In this document: positions 7,548-15,192 of the stretch, in pieces | Layout: each line of letters opens with the position of its first letter | Position numbering within the stretch: the stretch's first letter is position 1 | NCBI GenBank assembly: GCA_038046625.1 | Contig: JBBSVV010000005.1 | Location: forward strand, 55,693 to 72,122 | Origin: an archaeon | GTDB taxonomy: Archaea; Iainarchaeota; Iainarchaeia; Iainarchaeales; Iainarchaeaceae | Reading direction: 5' to 3' | DNA: 16,430 nucleotides | Translations under genes and position numbers: made by a program | The notes under the pieces: model-generated | The model's input: only the letters and a program-made list of their open reading frames with translations | Told to the model about the DNA's origin: nothing | Database searches by the model: none

Positions 7548-8243
7548 TTAACCGTAAACCTCTGCCTTGATGCACTCTTTCTGGACGCCGTTTGCCTGCA
7601 GTAGCCCCTTTGTCGCGTTCACCATTTCCGGCGGGCCGCAGATGAAATAGTTTGCACCCACATTTTTTGAAACAATTCCCTTCACAAATGCATCGTCAAT
7701 CCTGCCGTGCCTGAAACCTTTCTTTTCCTCGCGCGTCAAAGTCAGGATGAGTTCAAGGCCCTTTATTTTTTTCGCGAAATCCCTTATCTGGCCCTTGAAA
7801 ATTATGTCCCGTTCGGCCTTGTTGCTGTAAACGAAAGTGACTTTGGTCGGAAGCTTTTTGTCTATGATGTACTGGCAGAAGCACCTGAACGGCGCAATTC
7901 CGGAGCCCGCGGCAAGCAGCACGATTTCCTTCATCTGCTCCGGGTCAAAAACAAAGTTGCCATAAGGGCCGGTAACCGAAATTTCCTCGCCTATTTTCAT
8001 TCCATTGTTAACTATTTTCGAAATCCAGCCGTTTGGCATTTCCTTCACGGTTATTTCAAGGAAATCCTTTGTCGGGGAACTCGAGAGCGAGTATGCGCGC
8101 TTCGGGGTTTTTTCCTTTCCCTGAAGCTCAATCATAATGAACTGCCCGGGCCTGAAATCCATTTTTTGCCGGCCTTTCAGCGTGAGCGTTACCGTGTCAT
8201 GCGTTTCACGCGTAATTTTGTCAATCTTCATGAGCTGCTGCAT
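7548..8243 (-). CDS. FAD/NAD(P)H-dependent oxidoreductase (ferredoxin reductase-like, no Fe-S domain)
   Basis: FRPGQF, RAYSLSS, GWIS, GPYG, AGSGIAP and ICGPPEMV motifs, terminal EVY. Confidence 0.93.
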   Translation of the reverse strand: MQQLMKIDKITRETHDTVTLTLKGRQKMDFRPGQFIMIELQGKEKTPKRAYSLSSSPTKDFLEITVKEMPNGWISKIVNNGMKIGEEISVTGPYGNFVFDPEQMKEIVLLAAGSGIAPFRCFCQYIIDKKLPTKVTFVYSNKAERDIIFKGQIRDFAKKIKGLELILTLTREEKKGFRHGRIDDAFVKGIVSKNVGANYFICGPPEMVNATKGLLQANGVQKECIKAEVYG

Positions 8244-8344
8244 GGCCTTTCACTAGAAATTGTAACAAAGTAATGCTTTTAAATCATCGGGAGCGCAAAA
8301 ACAAAAAATTAACCACTCACAATAAACGTGCAATAAAGGCCTGT

Positions 8345-9160
8345 TCAAAGCCCTGCTTCGTAAACAATCTGCCTGAAAAGTTCAAACAATTTTTCATCCG
8401 CGAGAACAAAGGGCTTTCCTTCATCTGAAGCCTTCCTGATTTTCGCGTCAAGAGGAATGCTCCCGAGAAAACCCACTCCGAGTTCATCGGAAAGCTTTTC
8501 GCCGCGCGAACCAAAAATTTCTCCGGACATGTTCTCTGCCAGCCCGAGAACCTGCACATTAAGCTTTTTCGCCATGTCAACGGACTTTTTTGCGTCCGCA
8601 AACGCGAGCTCCTGCGGCTGCGTAACAATTATCAGGCCGTTGAGCGGCGCAACCTGCATTATGGTCAGTGGGTTGTCGCCTGTTCCGGGCGGCAAATCAA
8701 TAATCAAATAGTCGAGTTCGCCCCACTCGGCATTTGAAAGCATGTCATTGATGAGCTTGAACATTATCGGGCCGCGCATCACGTTCGCCTTTGCCTCGTC
8801 ATCAACCAGGTTGCCTACCGAAAGAACCTTCACCCCGAAAGCCTCTTTCGGAATCATTCTTCCCGCCTTGTCTGCGGCAACCCTTTCTTTCAGGCCGAAC
8901 AGCTTGTGGCACGAGGGGCAGTCAACGTCCGCATCCAAAACACCTGTTTTGAAGCCCATTTTTGCGAGGGTTGCGGCGAGGTTTGCGCAGAAAGTGCTTT
9001 TGCCAACGCCGCCCTTTCCCGAGTGTACTGCGACAACTCTTTTTACGCGCGAAAGGTTTTCTTCGGCGGAATTGCGCTGCTGCTGAAAAGGGTTCTGCGG
9101 AACTTTTTTTTGCGGTTCCTCGCGCTTGCGTTCGCTTACTTCCTCAAGAGTTATGGGCAT
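8345..9160 (-). CDS. mrp: Mrp/ApbC/NBP35-family Fe-S carrier ATPase, atypical cysteine pattern
   Basis: SGKGGVGKS, DAD, RGP, WGELDYLIIDLPPGTGD, ENMS; ATG at 9160. Confidence 0.93.
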   Translation of the reverse strand: MPITLEEVSERKREEPQKKVPQNPFQQQRNSAEENLSRVKRVVAVHSGKGGVGKSTFCANLAATLAKMGFKTGVLDADVDCPSCHKLFGLKERVAADKAGRMIPKEAFGVKVLSVGNLVDDEAKANVMRGPIMFKLINDMLSNAEWGELDYLIIDLPPGTGDNPLTIMQVAPLNGLIIVTQPQELAFADAKKSVDMAKKLNVQVLGLAENMSGEIFGSRGEKLSDELGVGFLGSIPLDAKIRKASDEGKPFVLADEKLFELFRQIVYEAGL

Positions 9161-9199
9161 AAGCAAAAACCGTTCGAAAAAAAGTTATGGCCAATTGCT

Positions 9200-9790
9200 T
9201 CAGTGAAATGATTTTCCGCATCCGCAAGAACCTTGCGCGTTGGGATTTGAAATCTTGAAGCCAGCGCCATTGAGGCCGTCATGGTAATCAATCTTTACCC
9301 CCTTGACCATTGGCAGCACTTCTTTTCCAACGAAAACCTTCAGGCCTTTTTCCTCAACCATGAGTTCTGTGGCTTCCGGCTTCTCGGCGAAATCCATTAC
9401 GTAAGAAAATCCTGAGCACCCGCCCGGCTCAACCGAGAACTTGAGCCCCCAGCCGTCCTTGTTTTCCTTGTGCATTAAATCCTTGAATTTCTGCACAGCA
9501 GAATCCGAAAGGTTAATGTCATTATCGCTTGAAGAGCCGCTTATGGCCTCGTTCATGTCCTTGACCAATTGCCGGATTGTTTGGGGGCTCATTCCGTGGC
9601 CCATTGCGCCGCCCTCAATGCTCTCGTAAGGGTTCACGTGGCACCCGATGCAGTGCAAACCATAACCCATCATTATCTCTGCGGTTTCAGGGTATTTTGC
9701 AACCACTTCGCCAATGGTCATGTCCTTTGTAACCGCCGCCCCTGCTTGGCTTTCCTGCTGTTCCTGCTTCTCTTTTGCCTGTGAAACCAT
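9200..9790 (-). CDS. DUF1858 domain fused to A-type Fe-S carrier (IscA/HesB/ErpA)
   Basis: N-terminal TKDMTIGEVVAKYPET..GLHCIGCH..ESIE.GA..HG; C-terminal GGCSGFSY and NPN...CGCGKSF; ATG at 9790. Confidence 0.93.
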   Translation of the reverse strand: MVSQAKEKQEQQESQAGAAVTKDMTIGEVVAKYPETAEIMMGYGLHCIGCHVNPYESIEGGAMGHGMSPQTIRQLVKDMNEAISGSSSDNDINLSDSAVQKFKDLMHKENKDGWGLKFSVEPGGCSGFSYVMDFAEKPEATELMVEEKGLKVFVGKEVLPMVKGVKIDYHDGLNGAGFKISNPNAQGSCGCGKSFH

Positions 9791-9801
9791 GCAAACCAAT
9801 T

Positions 9802-9827
9802 AATTAACGATTGTTAAACTTTTTAAA
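9802..9827 (-). promoter_or_regulatory. TATA box (TTTAAAAA, 9820-9827) plus palindromic operator TTTAACAATCGTTAATT (9802-9818)
   Basis: TTAAC-N4-GTTAA palindrome between TATA and start codon; 16/17 identical to the site upstream of sod. Confidence 0.72.
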
Positions 9828-9836
9828 GGTTTGGGT

Positions 9837-10412
9837 TCAATGCCCGCGCAGGGCATTCCTTATCTGGGCCCTCAGATGCTCAACAACAATGCTTTTTTCC
9901 CACGGCTTCAAAAGGCGGATTGCATTGTTGCTCCTGGCAGTATAATGCATATTGTCTAAATCCACATACCAGCCCCCTACTTTTGTTTCTTCCTGTTTCA
10001 CGGGAAAATGCAGCACGCACGGGATTTCCATTATTGTGAGGTTTGTAGTGTAATAAATTGTTGCGCCCGTGGATTTTTTTTCCTTTGCCCAATAAATTGA
10101 AATGGCCGGCTTGTTGCCGTGCCTCATAAATGGGATTCTCGCGATTTTCCTTTTCGGGGTAATTTTCGGCTTAAGCTTTACCCGCCCATATTCCCCTAGG
10201 TACGCCCAGTTTTCCGGTTTAAGGCCCCCTGGTTTCTTGAACTGCGGGTGGTTCGCCATGAAATTTGCCACCAGAAAGCGCATATACTTGGGATTGCGCG
10301 AGCCCTCTATGAATCTCGCAACTTCAGGGTCAATATAACCGGAATTTTTGTAAGTTTGATAAAGCTTGCCGAAATGCCTGCGGCTCACTTCAATTTTTCT
10401 TTTTGGCGGCAT
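9837..10412 (-). CDS. Hypothetical basic protein (paralog of the adjacent ORF)
   Basis: ATG 10412 (MPPKRK) or GTG 10421 overlapping the upstream TGA; shares motifs with 10418-11035. Confidence 0.8.
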   Translation of the reverse strand: MPPKRKIEVSRRHFGKLYQTYKNSGYIDPEVARFIEGSRNPKYMRFLVANFMANHPQFKKPGGLKPENWAYLGEYGRVKLKPKITPKRKIARIPFMRHGNKPAISIYWAKEKKSTGATIYYTTNLTIMEIPCVLHFPVKQEETKVGGWYVDLDNMHYTARSNNAIRLLKPWEKSIVVEHLRAQIRNALRGH

Positions 10413-10417
10413 AGGAT

Positions 10418-11035
10418 TCACGCTTTTTTCGGGGCTGCTTCGCGCATCTGCCTCATGATTTCCCTGGTTATTTCAATCCTGCGTTCCCCTTTAGGAATGG
10501 CATAATTCGTTTCACCGGCCCATCTGACAGAGATTGACAATGGGTCCAATTGGTGCCTTGGCCGAAGCTCATGCCCCTCTTGTTTCATAGAGCTCATGTT
10601 TATTTCAACATCGCCGTTTTTACCTGAAATCACCACAGGAATCCGGTAAATTCTTCGGTCAATCCCTCCCCAAACTTTTCCGGAAACCAATTTCCAGGGC
10701 TTCGGAATCAAAGGCTTGTGTGAACCCTGCATAAAAGGGACATTAACCAAAGAATTGCGGGAGTTTTTCCTTGCCGGCAAGCTTGAACTCACATGGCCGG
10801 CAACTGATTCCCCGACTATGTTTCTGATATTATCAGTGCTTATCGCAAGAGGTTTTCTGAGATCATGCCTTGTTTCAATCGCAGCAACCAGGGCACGTAT
10901 AATTGCGGCAGGATTTCCGGATGCCCTGATTAAATTGTGTGCCCCGGGCGTAATATATTTTTGAGCCAAAAATCTCGCATATCTTTTTCCTGCAGGCTTA
11001 TGTCCGGGCGGCATAAATAAAGATTGTCGCGGCAC
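10418..11035 (-). CDS. Hypothetical basic protein (paralog of the adjacent ORF)
   Basis: 205 aa, GTG start (ATG at 11014 alternative), 14 nt after the nth stop; shares motifs with 9837-10412. Confidence 0.8.
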   Translation of the reverse strand: MPRQSLFMPPGHKPAGKRYARFLAQKYITPGAHNLIRASGNPAAIIRALVAAIETRHDLRKPLAISTDNIRNIVGESVAGHVSSSLPARKNSRNSLVNVPFMQGSHKPLIPKPWKLVSGKVWGGIDRRIYRIPVVISGKNGDVEINMSSMKQEGHELRPRHQLDPLSISVRWAGETNYAIPKGERRIEITREIMRQMREAAPKKA

Positions 11036-11049
11036 AATAAAAACCTTTT

Positions 11050-11697
11050 CTACCCTCCCCTAAAGGCGCTCGGGCAGAGCTTATTCACGGCACAACCAGC
11101 ACAATTCGGCTTGCGCGCAAAGCACACCTTTCTCCCGTGCCAAATCAAAACATTCGAAATTTCACGCCACTGCGCACGCGGAACCAGCCCCATCAAATCG
11201 GTTTCAATCTTTTCAGGATTCTGGTTTTTCGTGAACCCAAGCCTGTTCGAAAGCCTTTTCACGTGCGTGTCAACAACGATGCCCTCAATTTTTCCAAAGC
11301 CCTCGCCAAGGATTACATTCGCGGTTTTGCGCCCCATGCCCGGCAATTTAATGAGTTCCTCAATTGAATCAGGCAATTTGCCATTATGCTCTTCCAAAAC
11401 TTTTTTCGTCATTGCCTTTATGTTGCGCGCTTTTGCACGGTAAAAGCCAGTGCTGAAAACCAGCTTCTCCAACTCCTTCTGCGGAATTTCCGCAAAATCC
11501 TTCGGGGTTCTGCACTTTTTGAAAAGTTCTTTCGTAACCTTGTTCACGCGCTCGTCCGTGCACTGCGCGGAAAGAATCACCGCAACCGCGAGCCGGAAAA
11601 CAGAACCGAATTTCAGGCCAGTTCCAATGTCGCCATATTCTTTTTCGAGCAATTCGAGAACCTTCAGAAGCCGCTTTGAATCGGGATCATTTGCCAT
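11050..11697 (-). CDS. nth: Endonuclease III
   Basis: LSAQCTD..VN, HhH LPGMGRKTANV, VDTHV, [4Fe-4S] motif C-x6-C-x2-C-x5-C. Confidence 0.98.
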   Translation of the reverse strand: MANDPDSKRLLKVLELLEKEYGDIGTGLKFGSVFRLAVAVILSAQCTDERVNKVTKELFKKCRTPKDFAEIPQKELEKLVFSTGFYRAKARNIKAMTKKVLEEHNGKLPDSIEELIKLPGMGRKTANVILGEGFGKIEGIVVDTHVKRLSNRLGFTKNQNPEKIETDLMGLVPRAQWREISNVLIWHGRKVCFARKPNCAGCAVNKLCPSAFRGG

Positions 11698-11753
11698 TCA
11701 AACCAACACAATGCAATAATGGGCCTCTGAAAAGAGTTTAAATGGTTGCAGAA

Positions 11754-12899
11754 TCAGCGCTCTACGAAATCCCCGAGAAAATCATACCTGTCCGGCTCGA
11801 GAAGGAATGAATCATGCCCCTTTCCGGAATAAATGAACTCATACATATAGTTCACATTGGCCTTGCGGAGTGCATTTACGAGCAGCTTCTGCTCGGAGGG
11901 GTAACAGCACACATCAGAGGTAATTGAACCAACAAGGTAGAAAGGGTGCGAGGCATTTTCCTGCGAAAAAATTGATTCCAGAGAGCCGGCACCGTACTTA
12001 TTTGCAACGTTGAAGTTCTGGATGGCCTTCAGGATGAGAAGATAAGTGTTCGCGTCGAAGCGCTTCACGAATTTTTGCCCCTGATGGAACATGTATGATT
12101 CGGTATGGTGCCTCAGCCTGTAATTGTAAAAGTAATCGCTGGGAAGCATGATTTCATTTTTCGCGCGCTGAGCAATCGTGTCCATATTTACATATCTCTT
12201 CGCGGCAATCATGCGCGCAAGCATCAGCCCATGCAGCGGGAATAGGCTTCCATAATAATCCCCGCCGCTGAAATGCGGGTCGTTCTCTATGGCAAAAATC
12301 TGCTCAAGCCCCTCAAGCTGGTTTATTGCTGAGGTTTGCGTTGCGCTTGCAATGAAAGCCGCCTTTTCAATATCCTTGCCGAACAGAACCGCGTATTCGA
12401 GCGCAATGAATCCTCCGAGCGATGAGCCGATTATGCACTTCAGTTTTTTTATGCCGAGCTTTTCAAGAACCAATTTTTGCAGCCGCACAATATCCTCAAT
12501 TTCAATGTCCGGAAACGAGGAGCCATAAGGCTTCCCGGTTTCAGGGTTTGTTGAAGAAGGGCCTGTCGTGCCGTAGCATCCGCCGAGGATGTTCTGGCAA
12601 ATCACAAAATTCTTTTCAGTGTCAATTATTTTTCCTTTTCCGACAAAATCATTCCACCAGCCGACGTGGTTTTCTTCTGTCCAGAACCTGCATTTCTTTG
12701 CGAAAGACTTGTTCAGGCCGGCAATATGCGCGCTCCCGGAAAGTGCATGGAATACAAGAACCACGTTATCCTTTGCCTTGTTCAGGGTTCCGTGGGTTTC
12801 ATAAACAACTTCAACATTTTTGAGTGCCTTGCCAGAGCAAAGAGCAAATTCACTGATTTTCACTGGGCGGATTTCGGTTTCTTCAACAGTCGCTTCCAT
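11754..12899 (-). CDS. metX: Homoserine O-acetyltransferase (MetX family alpha/beta hydrolase)
   Basis: HALSG, GWW, LGGCYGTTGPSS, nucleophile GSSLGG, RFDANTY, GHDSFL; ATG 12899 with GGGGGT SD-like site. Confidence 0.92.
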   Translation of the reverse strand: MEATVEETEIRPVKISEFALCSGKALKNVEVVYETHGTLNKAKDNVVLVFHALSGSAHIAGLNKSFAKKCRFWTEENHVGWWNDFVGKGKIIDTEKNFVICQNILGGCYGTTGPSSTNPETGKPYGSSFPDIEIEDIVRLQKLVLEKLGIKKLKCIIGSSLGGFIALEYAVLFGKDIEKAAFIASATQTSAINQLEGLEQIFAIENDPHFSGGDYYGSLFPLHGLMLARMIAAKRYVNMDTIAQRAKNEIMLPSDYFYNYRLRHHTESYMFHQGQKFVKRFDANTYLLILKAIQNFNVANKYGAGSLESIFSQENASHPFYLVGSITSDVCCYPSEQKLLVNALRKANVNYMYEFIYSGKGHDSFLLEPDRYDFLGDFVER

Positions 12900-12925
12900 A
12901 AACACAAGATAACCCCCAATTAAAT

Positions 12926-12947
12926 AATAATTCGTGAACAAATTATT
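12926..12947. promoter_or_regulatory. Imperfect 22-bp palindrome, candidate operator upstream of metX
   Basis: AATAATTCGT-GA-ACAAATTATT (9/10 arm match). Confidence 0.45.
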
Positions 12948-13034
12948 CCAAAAAGAATATAGCCATGCCCTTCGGTTTTTTGATTGCCCGCCAAAGAGTT
13001 TTTTAGCGGTTGCTGCTGATTTCATCCATGAAAA

Positions 13035-13262
13035 ATGAGGGTACATTTTGACAAAAAGGCAGACGCGCTCTGCATCCGCTTTAGTGAGGATAAGTATTTT
13101 GAAAGTGAAGAGTTCAGGGAAGGCTTTATAGCCGACTTTAATAAGAGCGGTAAAGTAATTGGTTTGGAAATACTTGGCGTTTCAAAGAACCTACCGAAAG
13201 AGGCTTTACGCAAGTTCAGCTTTGAAATGGATGAAAAAGAGTTTGCAACAGCCCAAGAATAA
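13035..13262 (+). CDS. DUF2283 domain protein
   Basis: MRVHFDKKADALCIRF...SEE...G..ADFNKSGKVIGLEIL, typical DUF2283 pattern. Confidence 0.88.
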   Translation: MRVHFDKKADALCIRFSEDKYFESEEFREGFIADFNKSGKVIGLEILGVSKNLPKEALRKFSFEMDEKEFATAQE

Positions 13263-13337
13263 CATCCACAAAAAAGAGAGAGAGCATTATTGCGGCTAAT
13301 AGCAAAATATTTCAATCAGAATGCAGTATTTCTCTGC

Positions 13338-13718
13338 ATGAAGTACGAATTCGATGCCTACTGGAGCGGAAAGGCTCACGAAATGGCCGCGAGCCTTGGT
13401 TACTCGCACGTTATTCCCGAGCGCTTAAGCGTTGTGCGGAGCCGCGGCTCAAAAACCAGGAGAACCATTGCGCGCATACACTGCATCGGCAAGGTAATGA
13501 TGCTGGGGATGCAGCAGCGCAAGAGCTTTTATGTGATTGAGCTCATTTCCGAAAAATTTGACAGGCAACCAGAATCCGAGAAGCTCGAAACAGTCATCCA
13601 CGAATTAATGCATATCCCGAAAACATTCGGCGGCGGCTTCCGGCACCACGACCATGTTTGCTCGCAAAATGTGAAGCTTGAGCTTGAAAGGTACATGAAC
13701 CAGAAAAAGATTTCCTGA
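13338..13718 (+). CDS. Small HExxH zinc metallopeptidase-like protein (archaeal predicted metallopeptidase family)
   Basis: RSRGSKTRRTIARIH, YVIELISEKFD, VIHELMHIP..F.GGFRHH; ATG at 13338. Confidence 0.85.
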   Translation: MKYEFDAYWSGKAHEMAASLGYSHVIPERLSVVRSRGSKTRRTIARIHCIGKVMMLGMQQRKSFYVIELISEKFDRQPESEKLETVIHELMHIPKTFGGGFRHHDHVCSQNVKLELERYMNQKKIS

Positions 13719-13750
13719 TTGTGCGAAAAATTAACGGCTTTTGGATTATC

Positions 13751-13802
13751 TTTATAAGCATTTAAGCCCAACTACCTTTAACAATAGTTAATTGCCGGAG
13801 GT
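13751..13802 (+). promoter_or_regulatory. sod promoter: TATA TTTATAAG (13751-13758), operator TTTAACAATAGTTAATT (13777-13793), SD GGAGGT (13797-13802)
   Basis: Consensus TATA and SD spacing; the palindrome overlaps the expected TSS and matches the iscA upstream site. Confidence 0.75.
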
Positions 13803-13808
13803 ATTGCC

Positions 13809-14423
13809 ATGGCTTTTGAAGTACCAAAACTAAAGTATGATTACAATGCGCTCGAACCGTACATAGATGAGCAGACAATGAGAATCCATCACGACAAGCA
13901 TCATCAGGCCTACGCGGATAAGCTCAACGCCGCAATAAAAGGGACAGAATGGGAAAAGAAATCAATCGAGGAAATAATTGTGAATTTGAACACGGTTCCT
14001 GAGAACATTCGCGGGCCCGTAAGAAACCATGGCGGGGGCCACTACAACCACTCGCTTTTCTGGGAGATGATGGCGCCGAAATCAGGCGGAATCCCGCAGG
14101 GCGAAATAGGAAAAGCAATCAATTTGACTTTCGGCTCTTTCGACAAGTTCAAGGAAGCATTTACCGCTGCCGCAACTGGCCAGTTCGGCTCGGGATGGGC
14201 ATGGCTGGTTGTGGGCAACGGAAAGCTCGAGGTTGTCTCGACGCCGAACCAGGATAATCCGTTGACGCAGGGAAAAAAGCCGGTTTTGGGAATTGACGTA
14301 TGGGAACATAGTTACTACATCAAATATCAGAATAGGCGACCAGAATACATCGCAGCATTCTATAATGTCATAAATTGGAAGAAGGTAGAAGAGCTCTATA
14401 AGGCAGCTATGAAGAAAGCTTGA
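13809..14423 (+). CDS. sod: Fe/Mn superoxide dismutase
   Basis: [54 protein letters not shown] pattern is Mn-like or cambialistic. Confidence 0.98.
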   Translation: MAFEVPKLKYDYNALEPYIDEQTMRIHHDKHHQAYADKLNAAIKGTEWEKKSIEEIIVNLNTVPENIRGPVRNHGGGHYNHSLFWEMMAPKSGGIPQGEIGKAINLTFGSFDKFKEAFTAAATGQFGSGWAWLVVGNGKLEVVSTPNQDNPLTQGKKPVLGIDVWEHSYYIKYQNRRPEYIAAFYNVINWKKVEELYKAAMKKA

Positions 14424-15066
14424 TTTTCAGCCAGTTTTCTGCATAGCCTATTTTTTCTTTTTTTAGTTTAGTAGTGTGAATGTTTTCAAAAAATTTCCTG
14501 ATGTATTCTTTTTTGTAGATTCTTAAATGGTAAATCTTTTTCCTATAAAAACCGTCTTTTCCCAAATGGGCCTCTTGAGAAGAATAATTGGCGGTTATTC
14601 CCAATTCAGAGTCCAGCATTCCCCTAATTATTTCCAAAAGACCATGGTTAGTGTTAGTTATATCAAGACAAATTTTTGGCGTCTTCCTCACTTTTTCTTT
14701 TATGATTTTTACACAACCTTCTGCATCAAAAAAACCTTCGACAAACAGCAAAGAAGTTACATGCTTGTCGCTTTTTTCTGCCAACACACCTATTTTTTCC
14801 AAATTATTTCTGATATCTCCAAATAAGTCGTATAATTTTATATTTGATATCTTGACAAACCAATAACCTCTTTTTCTGTTCGGGTAATTTTTTACAACTC
14901 GCCCTATGCAAAATGACAATTTATCGGCAAATTTTTTTGTGAATGCCTCATCGCCTACTAGCCATACTTGGTGCTCTTTCCCCCAATGATAAATGCAGCC
15001 GTCGCCAAGCAGAGCGCCCAAAACATAGAACAGCTCGTTGTTAAATTCAAGTTTTGCAATAGGCAT
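14407..15066 (-). CDS. Free-standing double-motif LAGLIDADG homing endonuclease
   Basis: [11 protein letters not shown] and [11 protein letters not shown] motifs; markedly AT-rich; ATG at 15066 (219 aa); no intein splice residues or host exteins. Confidence 0.88.
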   Translation of the reverse strand: MPIAKLEFNNELFYVLGALLGDGCIYHWGKEHQVWLVGDEAFTKKFADKLSFCIGRVVKNYPNRKRGYWFVKISNIKLYDLFGDIRNNLEKIGVLAEKSDKHVTSLLFVEGFFDAEGCVKIIKEKVRKTPKICLDITNTNHGLLEIIRGMLDSELGITANYSSQEAHLGKDGFYRKKIYHLRIYKKEYIRKFFENIHTTKLKKEKIGYAENWLKIKLSS

Positions 15067-15192
15067 TATGTTACGTTTCCAATTAGAGGTTATATTCTCA
15101 TTTAGACCACTTTGCCGGTGTGAATTTGTTTTCAATTTTTTTGAACCAGAAAGCCTTTTAACCAATTAACTTCTAATTCTAATGGTGCAAAA

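Noticed and set aside
8258..8275. Third copy of the TTAAC-N4-GTTAA operator before the reductase (GTAACAAAGTAAT)
   Set aside because: The spacer is 3 nt and both arms mismatch; too weak in AT-rich DNA.
2708..11035. Shared MP+basic N-terminus of the three orphan proteins as a targeting signal
   Set aside because: Cgi121, Mrp and the endonuclease also begin with MP, so the pattern is not specific in this window.
11208..11220. Partial match of the putative omegaRNA guide (TTTTCAGGATT) inside nth
   Set aside because: Only about 11 nt, low complexity and not at the guide 5' seed; expected by chance.
12965..13006. Possible small ORF coupled to DUF2283
   Set aside because: ATG at 12965 stops at TAG 13004-13006 after 13 codons and is not coupled to the DUF2283 start.
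12900..13046. SAM riboswitch or N-terminal extension of metX
   Set aside because: No recognisable SAM riboswitch core; the extension overlaps the divergent gene and looks non-coding.
14407..15165. Intein or group I/BHB intron hosting the LAGLIDADG ORF
   Set aside because: No Cys1/His-Asn splice motifs, the flanking genes are intact and on the opposite strand, and no RNA gene is nearby.
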